Assembly (NCBI GenBank): GCA_019119875.1
Contig: DWWG01000012.1
Coordinates: forward strand, 25,214 to 89,213
DNA length: 64,000 nucleotides
Direction of reading: 5' to 3'
Source: Candidatus Dietzia intestinigallinarum
GTDB lineage: Bacteria > Actinomycetota > Actinomycetes > Mycobacteriales > Mycobacteriaceae
Shown one piece after another: positions 8,088 to 17,739 of this stretch. Below the pieces are notes generated by a model, which worked only from the letters and a program-made list of their open reading frames with translations, had not been told where the DNA came from and searched no databases. Made by a program: the position numbers and the translations under genes. How positions within the stretch are numbered: the stretch's first letter is position 1; each line of letters opens with the position of its first letter.

Positions 8088-9374
8088 CTACCGGCTCGGT
8101 GGCGCGTCCGACCCCACGCGTTCGCCTCCGGTGTCGGGGGTGTGGAGCACCTCGGCGGCCAGTGGAAACAGCAGGACCGTCACCGCGCCGGCGGCCACCA
8201 GGACCGCAGCCTCCCCGGACCGCATCAGATCGCTCTTCACCGCCACATCGGTGACCGCCACGATGATCGGCAGACCCGTTGCCGCGTACAACCCGACCCG
8301 GGCCCGGTCGCGTGTCGTCGTCAGCCCCGGGCTCAACCGCAGCCACGTCTCGGACAGCCACACGCCACCGCCACGCAGTATCAGCATGCTCGCCACCCCG
8401 GCGACCAGCAGCCACGGCGCCGCCGCGACCGCGTGCACGCTGATCCCCATCCCCGACACCACGAAGAACACCGGGATGAACAGGGAATAACCGATGATGT
8501 CCAGTCGGCCTAGCAGTTCGTGGAGCAGGTCGCGCGGCGCGCCCCCGGAGCCGTCCGTCGTGGACGTCAGCCGCCTGCCGTAGGCCTCGACCAGGCTGCG
8601 CAGGATCATGCCCGCCGCGAACGCACCCAGCACCACATCCAGGCCGAACACGGACGCCACCGCCATCATCGCGGCCAGGAGAAGGAACACCATACGCACC
8701 ACGATCTGGCCCGTGGAGGTGTTGCCGCGGGCGAGCGCACGCCCCATCGCCGGAATGTAGAGCAGGCGCCGGGGAACGGCGAGAAGCAGCAGGGCCGCGA
8801 TGAGGAACAGGGCCACGGCCACTGCGGACGAGCCGATGTCGCGGGTACCGAGCAACAGCGCCATGGCCAGAACGGGACCGAGTTCGCCGACCGCACCGTG
8901 GGTGAGCACCGCGCCGCCGACCGGGGTGGTGTCGTGCCCGCCGCCCTTGAGGATCGGCAACAGCGTGCCGATCGCGGTGGAGGTGAGCAGCAGACCGACC
9001 GCCACCGCGGTCTCCCAGCGGTCCGTGACCAGATACCCGACACCGGTCGCGAGAACCAGGCTCACCAGCCAGGTCGCCGTGGCGCCCGCACCGCGGCGAC
9101 CGGTCAGTGTGTCCGGCTTCAACTCCAGGCCCGCGAGCAGGAACAGCATCCCGAGGCCGATCTCCGACAACATCGCCACCCCGCCGGACTCCACCGCGAG
9201 GCCCAACCCGTCGGGGCCGATCAGCATCCCCCCGGCCAGCAGCAGCACGACAGCCGGGATGAACGATCGCGTCATCAGGGACAGCACGGGTGCCAGGCAG
9301 ATGACCAGGACGATCCAGAACAGGGACAGCAGTTCCGCCGAGGAGGTCGCCGCAGCCAGGAGGGTGGTGGTCAC
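8088..9374 (-). CDS. cation:proton antiporter (CPA2/Kef-type, membrane domain only)
   Basis: 428 aa, about 12 TM; LFLLAGLEL, TSTAIGTLLPIL, GAFAAG motifs. Confidence 0.88.
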   Translation of the reverse strand: MTTTLLAAATSSAELLSLFWIVLVICLAPVLSLMTRSFIPAVVLLLAGGMLIGPDGLGLAVESGGVAMLSEIGLGMLFLLAGLELKPDTLTGRRGAGATATWLVSLVLATGVGYLVTDRWETAVAVGLLLTSTAIGTLLPILKGGGHDTTPVGGAVLTHGAVGELGPVLAMALLLGTRDIGSSAVAVALFLIAALLLLAVPRRLLYIPAMGRALARGNTSTGQIVVRMVFLLLAAMMAVASVFGLDVVLGAFAAGMILRSLVEAYGRRLTSTTDGSGGAPRDLLHELLGRLDIIGYSLFIPVFFVVSGMGISVHAVAAAPWLLVAGVASMLILRGGGVWLSETWLRLSPGLTTTRDRARVGLYAATGLPIIVAVTDVAVKSDLMRSGEAAVLVAAGAVTVLLFPLAAEVLHTPDTGGERVGSDAPPSR

Positions 9375-9520
9375 GTCCGGCCTTCCAGTCGAGGGGTGAA
9401 ACGTGAGCCTAGTGCAGGGGTGCCGGGCCCGCGCTGCACCAGAGCGGAACCGGCGGCAGGCCCCCGAACGGGTCTGGTTCCCCGCACGGTTCCACCCCGG
9501 CGACGTGCCAGGGTGGGCAC

Positions 9521-10594
9521 ATGACGTCCTCGCTGTGCACCCGCTCCGACGGTGACCCCCGCCGGCTACCCGGCTTCCGCCGCACCTATGCGCCCGGGCG
9601 CCTCACGCTCGGACTCGGCTTCCCTCTGCGCACCCGGGGCGACGCAGCGGCCGCCGATGAACTGGACGCGCAGGTGGCGGCGGCCCGCGCCGCCGAGGAC
9701 GCGGATTTCGCCGCCCTCTACGCCCGTGACATCCCCCTGCGCGTGCCGTCCTTCGGCGACGTCGGTCAGGTCTTCGACCCGTGGACCCACCTGAGCTACA
9801 TGGCGGCGCACACCTCGCGCATCGCCCTGGGGACGGCCGGCATCGTGCTACCGGTGCGGCATCCACTACACGTGGCCAAGGCCGCCGCCGGCCTCGACAG
9901 GATCACGGGTGGACGTCTCCTGCTGGGCCTGGCGTCCGGCGACCGCCCTGAGGAGTTCCGGGCGTTCGGTCTCGAACAGGGCGAACGCGGCGAGAGGTTC
10001 CGCGAGAACCTTCACGTCATGCGGCACGCCCTGACCACCGAGATGCGCGGCGTCCGTTGGTCCGGCGGCTGGATGCACAGCGCCGACGTGGTGCCCAAGC
10101 CCCTCGCCTCGTCGGTGCCGATCCTGATGGTGGGGTCGTGCCAGCAGAGCATCTCCTACCTCGCCGAGCACGGGGACGGGTGGATGACCTACCCGCGTGA
10201 CTTCGACGCGCAACGCCGCACCGTTGCCCGGTGGAGGGAGCTGACGGCGGCATTCGCGCCGTTCGCCCAATCGTTGCAGATCGACCTGTCCGAGAACCCG
10301 GGGGAGACCGCGTCCCCGATCAGCTTCGGATTCCGCATCGGACGCAACGCGTTGATCGAGCACCTGGGCGACCTGCAGGGAATCGGGGTCAACCACGTGC
10401 TCCTGGGCATCGGCGCGAGCACCCGTCCGGTCCGCGAGGTGATCGACGAGCTGGCCGAGCACGTCGTGCCCCATTTCCGCGCACTGGACGGCGAGGGGCG
10501 CCACCCCGTGCGGGGGTTGGAGCCACCGGGGCGGCACGCGAGTGAGCAGGGCCAGATGGCCGACTGGCGACGTGGAGACACCCGCAGTCCCTAG
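9521..10594 (+). CDS. LLM-class (luciferase-like) oxidoreductase, BA3436-type
   Basis: LYARDIPL...[48 protein letters not shown]. Confidence 0.85.
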   Translation: MTSSLCTRSDGDPRRLPGFRRTYAPGRLTLGLGFPLRTRGDAAAADELDAQVAAARAAEDADFAALYARDIPLRVPSFGDVGQVFDPWTHLSYMAAHTSRIALGTAGIVLPVRHPLHVAKAAAGLDRITGGRLLLGLASGDRPEEFRAFGLEQGERGERFRENLHVMRHALTTEMRGVRWSGGWMHSADVVPKPLASSVPILMVGSCQQSISYLAEHGDGWMTYPRDFDAQRRTVARWRELTAAFAPFAQSLQIDLSENPGETASPISFGFRIGRNALIEHLGDLQGIGVNHVLLGIGASTRPVREVIDELAEHVVPHFRALDGEGRHPVRGLEPPGRHASEQGQMADWRRGDTRSP

Positions 10595-10604
10595 GGTGGG
10601 ACGT

Positions 10605-12341
10605 ATGAGCCCCGGAACCGACAGCCCCCGACCTGACGACGCCACGACGCCCGACGTGGACATCAAGCCCCGCAGCCGCGACGTGACCGACGGCCTGGAG
10701 AAGACCGCGGCCCGCGGGATGTTGCGCGCGGTGGGGATGGGAGACGACGACTGGGCCAAGCCCCAGATCGGTGTGGCCTCGTCGTGGAACGAGATCACGC
10801 CCTGCAACCTCCCGCTCGACCGGCTGGCCAAGCGTGTCAAGGAGGGCACCCACGCCGCCGGTGGTTACCCGCTGGAGTTCGGGACCATCTCGGTCTCCGA
10901 CGGGATCTCGATGGGCCACGAGGGGATGCACTTCTCGCTCGTGTCCCGCGAGGTGATCGCGGACAGCGTGGAGACGGTCATGAGCGCGGAGCGCCTGGAC
11001 GGGTCGGTGTTGCTCGCCGGATGCGACAAGTCGCTGCCGGGCATGCTCATGGCCGCCGCCCGTCTCGACCTGGCCAGTGTCTTCCTCTACGCCGGTTCGA
11101 TCATGCCGGGCTTCGCCCGGATGGCGGACGGGTCCGAGCGTCAGGTCACCATCATCGACGCGTTCGAGGCCGTCGGGGCCTGCTCGCGGGGATTGATGAG
11201 CCGCGAGGACGTGGACAGCATCGAGCGGGCCATCTGTCCCGGTGAGGGTGCCTGTGGTGGGATGTACACCGCCAACACGATGGCCAGCGCGGCCGAGGCC
11301 ATGGGGATGTCCCTGCCCGGCAGTGCCGCGCCGCCGGCGCCCGACCGCCGACGCGACGGCTTCGCCAAGGCCAGTGGCGAAGCCGTGGTCGAGATGCTGC
11401 GGCGCGGGATCACCGCCCGGGACATCATGACCAAGGAGGCGTTCGAGAACGCCATCGCCGTGGTCATGGCCTTCGGCGGCTCGACCAACGCCGTTCTCCA
11501 TCTGCTGGCGATCGCCAACGAGGCCGAGGTCGCCCTCGGTCTCGACGATTTCGCGCGTATCGGCGCCAAGGTCCCGCACCTGGCCGACGTGAAACCGTTC
11601 GGCGCACACGTGATGAACGACGTCGACAGGATCGGTGGAGTGCCCGTGGTGATGAAGGCTCTGCTCGATGCCGGGCTCCTCCACGGTGACTGTCTGACCG
11701 TCACGGGCAGGACCGTCGCGGAGAACCTGGCGGACATCGCACCTCCGGACCCGGACGGACTGGTGCTGCGTGCGATGACCGAGCCCATCCACCCGACCGG
11801 TGGCATCACCATTCTGCACGGCTCGCTCGCCCCCGAGGGGGCCGTGGTCAAATCCGCGGGCTTCGACTCGGATGTCTTCGAGGGCACAGCGCGCGTCTTC
11901 GAGCGGGAGCGCGCCGCGATGGACGCGCTCGAGGACGGGACGATCACCTCCGGCGACGTGGTGGTCATCCGGTACGAGGGGCCCAAGGGCGGCCCCGGGA
12001 TGCGCGAGATGCTCGCCATCACCGGAGCGATCAAGGGGGCGGGGCTGGGCAAGGACGTCCTGCTCATGACCGACGGGCGCTTCTCCGGAGGGACGACCGG
12101 ACTGTGCGTCGGTCACATCGCGCCGGAGGCTGTCGACGGCGGCCCGATCGCGTTCGTGCGTGACGGCGACCGGATCCGGCTGGACGTCTCGAACGGCACA
12201 CTGGAGCTCCTGGTGGACGAGGCGGAGCTCGCCGATCGTCAGCGGGGATGGGAGCCGCTTCCCCCGCGCTACACCCGCGGCGTGCTGGCCAAGTACTCGA
12301 AGCTGGTGCAGTCGGCCTCCGAGGGCGCCATCTGTCGCTGA
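10605..12341 (+). CDS. ilvD: dihydroxy-acid dehydratase
   Basis: [50 protein letters not shown] motifs. Confidence 0.97.
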   Translation: MSPGTDSPRPDDATTPDVDIKPRSRDVTDGLEKTAARGMLRAVGMGDDDWAKPQIGVASSWNEITPCNLPLDRLAKRVKEGTHAAGGYPLEFGTISVSDGISMGHEGMHFSLVSREVIADSVETVMSAERLDGSVLLAGCDKSLPGMLMAAARLDLASVFLYAGSIMPGFARMADGSERQVTIIDAFEAVGACSRGLMSREDVDSIERAICPGEGACGGMYTANTMASAAEAMGMSLPGSAAPPAPDRRRDGFAKASGEAVVEMLRRGITARDIMTKEAFENAIAVVMAFGGSTNAVLHLLAIANEAEVALGLDDFARIGAKVPHLADVKPFGAHVMNDVDRIGGVPVVMKALLDAGLLHGDCLTVTGRTVAENLADIAPPDPDGLVLRAMTEPIHPTGGITILHGSLAPEGAVVKSAGFDSDVFEGTARVFERERAAMDALEDGTITSGDVVVIRYEGPKGGPGMREMLAITGAIKGAGLGKDVLLMTDGRFSGGTTGLCVGHIAPEAVDGGPIAFVRDGDRIRLDVSNGTLELLVDEAELADRQRGWEPLPPRYTRGVLAKYSKLVQSASEGAICR

Positions 12342-12381
12342 CGGGGGTTCGACGGAGACCGGCGGATGCGCTGGTCGGCCG

Positions 12382-13236
12382 TCAGCGGCCCCGGGCCATG
12401 GCCACGAGACCGGCGAGAGTGAGTCCGGCCCGGGTGCCGCCGTCGCACAGGATGTCCGTTCCCGTGAGGTATCCGGGTCTGGTGCTCGCGCAGAACGCGA
12501 GCACCTCGGCGATCTCCTCCGGTTGCCCGAACCGCTCGAGCGCGGCGAACCGGAGCATCTCCTCGGACCCGGTCTTCTTCTCCAGCCGGCCCATGTCGGT
12601 GTCGAAGCTGCCGGGGGAGACGGACAGGATGCGCGCGCCCCGGGCGCCGAACGCGGCCGCCATCCGGGCGGAATACCAGATCACGAACGCCTTGCTCAGC
12701 GAATAGGCGGTACCGCTCGCACCGCGTCCGGTCAGTTCCGCGATCCGGGTCAGGCGTGAGGCCATCCGGTGGGAGTCGGTCAGCGCGGTTCGGAAGACCG
12801 GAGTCGGAAGAAGAGCTCGGGGCATCATGTGGCCGGCCACCGAGGCCACGTTGACCAGCGCCGACCCGGGACGTGCAGAGGCGAGGGCGGCCTCGGTGAC
12901 GTTCACGGTTCCGAGCGCGTTGATCCGGACGATCGCCTCCGCGTCGCCCATGGAGGGGCTCACCCCGGCGGCGTGGACCACCGCCCGGGGAGTCCCGAGC
13001 GTGTGCGCACCGGCGAAGACCGTGTCCACCGCGGCCCGGTCGGTGATGTCGCACACCATGCCTGTCGCGTCGACGTGGAGTTCCGCCAGGTGTTCGACTG
13101 CCCGGTCGAGGACCGCCCTGTCCAGGTCGACCAGCACGACGTGGTGGTCCCGACCCAGGATCGCGGCCGTGGCAAGCCCCATGCCCCGGCCGCCCCCGGT
13201 GATGATCGCGGTGGGAGCGGTGTCGCCTGTGGTCAT
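12382..13236 (-). CDS. short-chain dehydrogenase/reductase
   Basis: TGGGRGMG Rossmann motif, HAAGVS, YSLSK catalytic YxxxK. Confidence 0.9.
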   Translation of the reverse strand: MTTGDTAPTAIITGGGRGMGLATAAILGRDHHVVLVDLDRAVLDRAVEHLAELHVDATGMVCDITDRAAVDTVFAGAHTLGTPRAVVHAAGVSPSMGDAEAIVRINALGTVNVTEAALASARPGSALVNVASVAGHMMPRALLPTPVFRTALTDSHRMASRLTRIAELTGRGASGTAYSLSKAFVIWYSARMAAAFGARGARILSVSPGSFDTDMGRLEKKTGSEEMLRFAALERFGQPEEIAEVLAFCASTRPGYLTGTDILCDGGTRAGLTLAGLVAMARGR

Positions 13237-13266
13237 GTTCCTGTCCGTTCCGGCCCCGGTAGGGGC

Positions 13267-13953
13267 TCAGTCGAGGACTGTACCGTCGTCGAGGTGGGAC
13301 AGTGAGCCGTTGTCGGGCAACTCGCCGGTGGCGAGGTACACCAGCCGGTTGGCGATGCTCACCGTGTGGTCGGCGAAACGCTCGTAGTACCGGGCGAGCA
13401 GGGCGAGGTCGACGGCGGCCACGGAGCCGTACGGCCAGTCCTCGTCGGAGACCTGCTGCATCAGGTTGGAGTGGAGTCCGTCCACGGCGTCATCCTGGGC
13501 GTCGAGCATGAGCGCCTTCTCCACGTCGCGCTCGGCGAACAGGTCGGTCAGCTGTCGAGCCATGGCCCCGTCCCGTTCGGCGAGCTCGCGGATGAGGGGG
13601 ACGACGGCCTCGGGGACCACAGGATTGGGGTAGCGGCGGCGCGCGACCCGGGCGATGTGACCGGCGAGCGCGGCCATGCGGGTGAAGTGCTCGACGATGT
13701 AGATCCCCGACACCACCTGGCGCAGGTCGCGCGCGACGGGCGCCTCGAGGAGGAGCAGCTCGAACGCGTGCTGCTCGCTGACCTCGCGCAGTTCCTCCAA
13801 CTCGGCGGCCCCGTCGATCACCTCTGTCGCCGCGGTCTCGTCGCGTTCGAGTAGGGCTACGGTCGCACGATCGAGCAGTCGGGTGTTCGTCTCGCAGAAG
13901 CGAACGAGCTGATCAGAGAATTCGTCGAGTTTGGAACGGAAGACGGTACGCAT
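13267..13953 (-). CDS. phoU: phosphate signalling protein PhoU
   Basis: MRTVFRSKL..., EAPVARDLR, DDAVDGLH, RYYERFADH. Confidence 0.93.
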   Translation of the reverse strand: MRTVFRSKLDEFSDQLVRFCETNTRLLDRATVALLERDETAATEVIDGAAELEELREVSEQHAFELLLLEAPVARDLRQVVSGIYIVEHFTRMAALAGHIARVARRRYPNPVVPEAVVPLIRELAERDGAMARQLTDLFAERDVEKALMLDAQDDAVDGLHSNLMQQVSDEDWPYGSVAAVDLALLARYYERFADHTVSIANRLVYLATGELPDNGSLSHLDDGTVLD

Positions 13954-14059
13954 GCCACAACTGTAGTGAAACGAGTGTTGACCGGCGGCGTCGTTCTCCC
14001 AGTGTTCACCGGCAGACCACCTGGCGGGGGCACCCGGAGCGGCCTGCGGAGCGGCAGGA

Positions 14060-14089
14060 TAGACAGAACGGTCTGTTCGTGGCTACGGT
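14060..14089 (+). promoter_or_regulatory. sigma70-type promoter (-35 TAGACA, 18 nt, -10 TACGGT) overlapped by McbR-like operator TAGAC-N6-GTCTG
   Basis: TAGACAGAACGGTCTG at 14060-14075, 9/10 match to C. glutamicum McbR consensus TAGAC-N6-GTCTA. Confidence 0.6.
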
Positions 14090-14121
14090 TGGGCACCGAG
14101 CCGTCAATGAAAGGACATGAG

Positions 14122-14664
14122 ATGACCCTCTTCCTGTACGAGACGATCCCCTCTCAGGAGCAGCAGGCCGATCCTTCTGCGCTCATCGACGCCATCGGCG
14201 CCGCGCTGACGGGTGCGGGTGCCGAGGTCATCGAGACCCAGATCACCAAGGGCGCCGCCCGGATCTTCACCATCGTCGAACTGGCCGACGGCCCGGACGG
14301 CGCCTGCGCCACCGAGGCACCGGCCCTGGACGCCGCAGAGCTGGGCGCAGCTGAGGTCACCGAGCCCGCGCAGGTCCGCCTGGTGGGAACCGACCTCGAG
14401 ACCATCAAGGCCGCCCGCCCCGAGGCCGGCTACCTGGTGGAGTGGGATATCCCGGCCGAGATCGACATGGACACCTACCTCACGCGCAAGAAGGAGAAGT
14501 CCCCGAAGTACGCCGAGATCCCCGAGGTCTCGTTCCTGCGCACCTATGTCCGCGAGGACACGGACAAGTGCCTGTGCTTCTACAACGCTCCCGACACCGA
14601 CGCGGTGGTCCGGGCGCGTGAGATCGTGTCCACTCCCATCTCGCGTCTGCACGAGCTGGCATGA
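14122..14664 (+). CDS. DUF4242-domain protein (about 180 aa, N-terminal extra domain)
   Basis: RBS AAAGGA; C-terminal YLVEWDIP...VSFLRTYVREDTDKCLCFYNAPDTDAVVRAR is a DUF4242/SCO4226-like pattern. Confidence 0.8.
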   Translation: MTLFLYETIPSQEQQADPSALIDAIGAALTGAGAEVIETQITKGAARIFTIVELADGPDGACATEAPALDAAELGAAEVTEPAQVRLVGTDLETIKAARPEAGYLVEWDIPAEIDMDTYLTRKKEKSPKYAEIPEVSFLRTYVREDTDKCLCFYNAPDTDAVVRAREIVSTPISRLHELA

Positions 14665-15797
14665 GCGCGCCCACGGCCAGCACTCTCACCCCGGATCTCG
14701 GCGCCCCGCGGGCGCGTCTTATCGCCGGCGATCTCGGTTCCGTCGACGCGGCGGAGCTTCGCGCGGTGATCGACTCGATCGCCGCGCGGGCCTCCGCCCT
14801 GGACCGCGCCGACGCGGACCTGCGGGAGGACATCTCCGCACTCGCCGGTCTCGGTCTCTTCGACGTGGACCGTACGCCGGTCCCCGTCGCCGCGACGATC
14901 ATCGAAGCCGTGGCGACGGAGAGTCTGGCCGTGGCGTTCGGCGCCTGGGCGCAGCGGATGACCGCGGCCTACCTGCGGCACGCCGCCGACCGGTCCGAGG
15001 CAGCCCAGCGGAGCTACCGGGCGGTCGCCGACGGCACCCGACCGGGCGTGACCGGCATGGCCGCCGCGCAGCGGCAGGTCGTCGGACTCGGGAACGTACC
15101 CATCACGGCCACCCCGGTCGAGCGCGGCTACCAGATCGACGGGCCGATCGCGTGGGCGTCCAACGTGTACCCGGACAGCACCATCGTGCTGGCGGCCAAC
15201 ACCGCGGACGGCCGCAGCCTCGTCCTGACCTTCGAGGCCTCGACCCCCGGCGTCGAGATCCGTTCCGCTCCGGACCTTCTGGCGCTCAACGCGACCGCCT
15301 CCACGATGATCGGACTCGACGGCGTCGTGGTTCCTCACGAGCAGGTGCTGGGGGAGGATCTGGGGGACTTCCTGTCCGGCGTGCGACCGCAGTTCCTCGT
15401 CCTGCAGGCCGCCTTCTGCTCCGGCGTGGGTGCACGCTCGCTCACCGAGGCCGCCGGACGACTCGAGGGGCTCGGTGCCTTCTACTCGGACGAGCACGCC
15501 GCGCTGTCCGAACGGCATGACCACATGCACTCCGAGCTCCATCGACTCGCCGCGGCGCCGGCGGAGACGGATGCGGAGACGGAGGCTATGCTGACCGACT
15601 TGCTCCTCCTGCGCCTCGACGGCGCGGAGATCGCCCCCGCCGCGACACGGCTCGAGGCGGTCCTGTGCGGCGGCATGGGGTACGCGCAGGGGGCACCCGC
15701 CAACCGCCGTATGCGCGAGGCGGCCTTTCTCCCGGTGCAGTCCCCGTCGCAGTCGCAGCTGCGCTGGGAGCTGGACCGACTCGGGGTGGAGGCGTGA
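14661..15797 (+). CDS. acyl-CoA dehydrogenase-fold flavoprotein (non-canonical)
   Basis: ATGA overlap; GYQIDGPIAWASN, ALNATAS, GGMGY, RRMREA ACAD-fold motifs. Confidence 0.82.
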   Translation: MSAPTASTLTPDLGAPRARLIAGDLGSVDAAELRAVIDSIAARASALDRADADLREDISALAGLGLFDVDRTPVPVAATIIEAVATESLAVAFGAWAQRMTAAYLRHAADRSEAAQRSYRAVADGTRPGVTGMAAAQRQVVGLGNVPITATPVERGYQIDGPIAWASNVYPDSTIVLAANTADGRSLVLTFEASTPGVEIRSAPDLLALNATASTMIGLDGVVVPHEQVLGEDLGDFLSGVRPQFLVLQAAFCSGVGARSLTEAAGRLEGLGAFYSDEHAALSERHDHMHSELHRLAAAPAETDAETEAMLTDLLLLRLDGAEIAPAATRLEAVLCGGMGYAQGAPANRRMREAAFLPVQSPSQSQLRWELDRLGVEA

Positions 15798-16543
15798 GCT
15801 CGGCGGTCCTCGAGCGTCCGGTTGCCGTCAGTGTCACCGGTCTGCAGCACCGCCTCCCCGGGGGACGGACACTGTTCGACGATCTCGAGCTGCGGGTCCG
15901 GGAGGGGGAGTCGCTCGTGCTCCTGGGCCCGTCGGGAGTGGGTAAGTCGACGCTGTTGCGACTGCTGGCGGGACTCGAGCACCCCGCCGGTGGAGAGCTG
16001 CGGATGGGCTCACGTCCCACGGGCGGAGGCGGTGGGCACTCGTACGCGGTCGTGTTCCAGAAGCCCCTGCTCTACCCGTGGCTGTCGGTGCGCGAGAACG
16101 TCGCCCTGGGCGGCCGGTTCCGCGCACTTCGCGGCCGGGTGGACTCCTCGTACGTCGACGAGTTGCTCACCCATTTCGGGATCTCGGACCTGGCCGACGC
16201 CCGGTCCGACCAGATCTCGGGTGGCCAGGCCCAGCGGGTCGCGGTGGTCCGCGCAGCGGCGACGCGTCCGGAGATCCTTCTCCTCGACGAGCCCTTCAGT
16301 GCACTGGACCCGGTGACGCGCGCGGACTCACAGCGATGGTTGGTCGGCGTGACCGCCGATCTCGGCGTCACGACGATAATGGTGACCCACGACGTCGACG
16401 AGGCTCTGGTGGTGGGCTCCCGCATCGCGTTGCTCGGTTCGTCCGGCCGCGTTCAGCAGGAGTGGGCCAACCCCTCCCACGGCACCGGCGATTCGGATCC
16501 GGTCCTCCGAGAGGACATCCTGGCCGCTTACCGAACGGCCTGA
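15794..16543 (+). CDS. NitT/TauT-family ABC transporter ATP-binding protein
   Basis: GTGA overlap; GPSGVGKST, VFQKPLLYPWLSVRENV, ISGGQAQR, LLLDEPFSALD, VTHD. Confidence 0.93.
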   Translation: MSSAVLERPVAVSVTGLQHRLPGGRTLFDDLELRVREGESLVLLGPSGVGKSTLLRLLAGLEHPAGGELRMGSRPTGGGGGHSYAVVFQKPLLYPWLSVRENVALGGRFRALRGRVDSSYVDELLTHFGISDLADARSDQISGGQAQRVAVVRAAATRPEILLLDEPFSALDPVTRADSQRWLVGVTADLGVTTIMVTHDVDEALVVGSRIALLGSSGRVQQEWANPSHGTGDSDPVLREDILAAYRTA

Positions 16544-16551
16544 GCGCGGCT

Positions 16552-17739
16552 GTGAAGAAGGATCCGGGGGCGCGCGGCCCCGTACTCGACCGACGCTCGC
16601 TACTGCGTACCGGCGGCGCACTCGCGGTGGGGGCCGGAGCCCTCGGCGGCGCGGCGACGCTGGGCAACCTCGTCTCCGCGGCGACCGCCCCGCGTGGGAC
16701 CGCGACGGAGGAACTGCGGATCGGCTACCTGCCGATCACCGACGCCGCGCCGCTTCTCGTCGCACACGGCGACGGCTACTTCGAGCAGCAGAAGCTCATC
16801 GTCGGACGACCGGTGCTCTTCCGCTCCTGGTCGTCACTCATGGAGGCCTTCCTCACCGAGCAGGTGGACCTCATCCACCTGCTGATGCCGTCGGCAGTGC
16901 AGCTGCGTTACGTCCTCGGCGCGGACGTGAAGGTGGTGAGCTGGAACCACACCGGCGGCGGCGCGATCACCGTCGCTCCGCACATCAACGAGGTCTCTGA
17001 GCTCGCCGGCACGCAGGTCGCGATCCCGGGCTGGTGGTCGATCCACAACATGCTCCTGCAGCGGGTGCTGCGTTCGAACGGACTCACGCCGGTCGCCCGG
17101 AGGTCCCCGAGCCGATCCGAGGGCACCGTCGAACTGGTCGTCATGGGCCCGGCGGACATGATCCCGGCGTTGGCCACCGGGTCGATCTCCGCGTTCACCG
17201 TCGCCGACCCCTTCAACGCCGGAGCCGTCGCCCGGGGCGTCGGTTCCCTGCACATGCTCCTGGACGAGGTGTGGCGCGACCACGCCTGTTGCGTGACGGT
17301 CGTGCAGGAGCGTCTCGTCGACGAACGCCCGGACACGGTCCAGGCGTTGGTCGACTCGGCGGTCGCCGCGCAGTTGGGGATCCGGGCCGATCGCTCGGCT
17401 GCCGCCGCGATCCTGTCCGGTCACGGCTACCTCCCGCAGCCCCCGGCGGCCGTGGAGGTCGCCATGGCCGGGACGGTCGCCGATCCCGCGGGAGGCCCCG
17501 ACCGGCCCCGGATCGACTTTCACCCGTACCCGTTCCCGAGCTTCACCGAGGAACTGGTCCGCCAGATGCGCCAGACGGTCGTCGACGGTGAGACCCGATT
17601 CCTGGACGGTCTCGACCCGGCGACGGTTCACCGCGAACTCGTCGACGACCGGTTCGTCCGGGCCTCGATCGAACGACACGGCGGTCCGGCCGCCCTCGGA
17701 CTCCCCACCTCGCTCACCCGACACGAACGGCTGATCTAG
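16552..17739 (+). CDS. NitT/TauT (NrtA/CmpA-like) ABC substrate-binding protein with twin-arginine signal
   Basis: DRRSLLR Tat motif plus hydrophobic stretch; LRIGYLPITDAAPL, WRDHACCV; start codon uncertain (GTG 16552). Confidence 0.88.
   Translation: MKKDPGARGPVLDRRSLLRTGGALAVGAGALGGAATLGNLVSAATAPRGTATEELRIGYLPITDAAPLLVAHGDGYFEQQKLIVGRPVLFRSWSSLMEAFLTEQVDLIHLLMPSAVQLRYVLGADVKVVSWNHTGGGAITVAPHINEVSELAGTQVAIPGWWSIHNMLLQRVLRSNGLTPVARRSPSRSEGTVELVVMGPADMIPALATGSISAFTVADPFNAGAVARGVGSLHMLLDEVWRDHACCVTVVQERLVDERPDTVQALVDSAVAAQLGIRADRSAAAAILSGHGYLPQPPAAVEVAMAGTVADPAGGPDRPRIDFHPYPFPSFTEELVRQMRQTVVDGETRFLDGLDPATVHRELVDDRFVRASIERHGGPAALGLPTSLTRHERLI

Noticed and set aside
16078-16551. Long N-terminal extension of the binding-protein ORF
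   Set aside because: Overlaps the ATPase in another frame; the Tat signal must be near the N-terminus.
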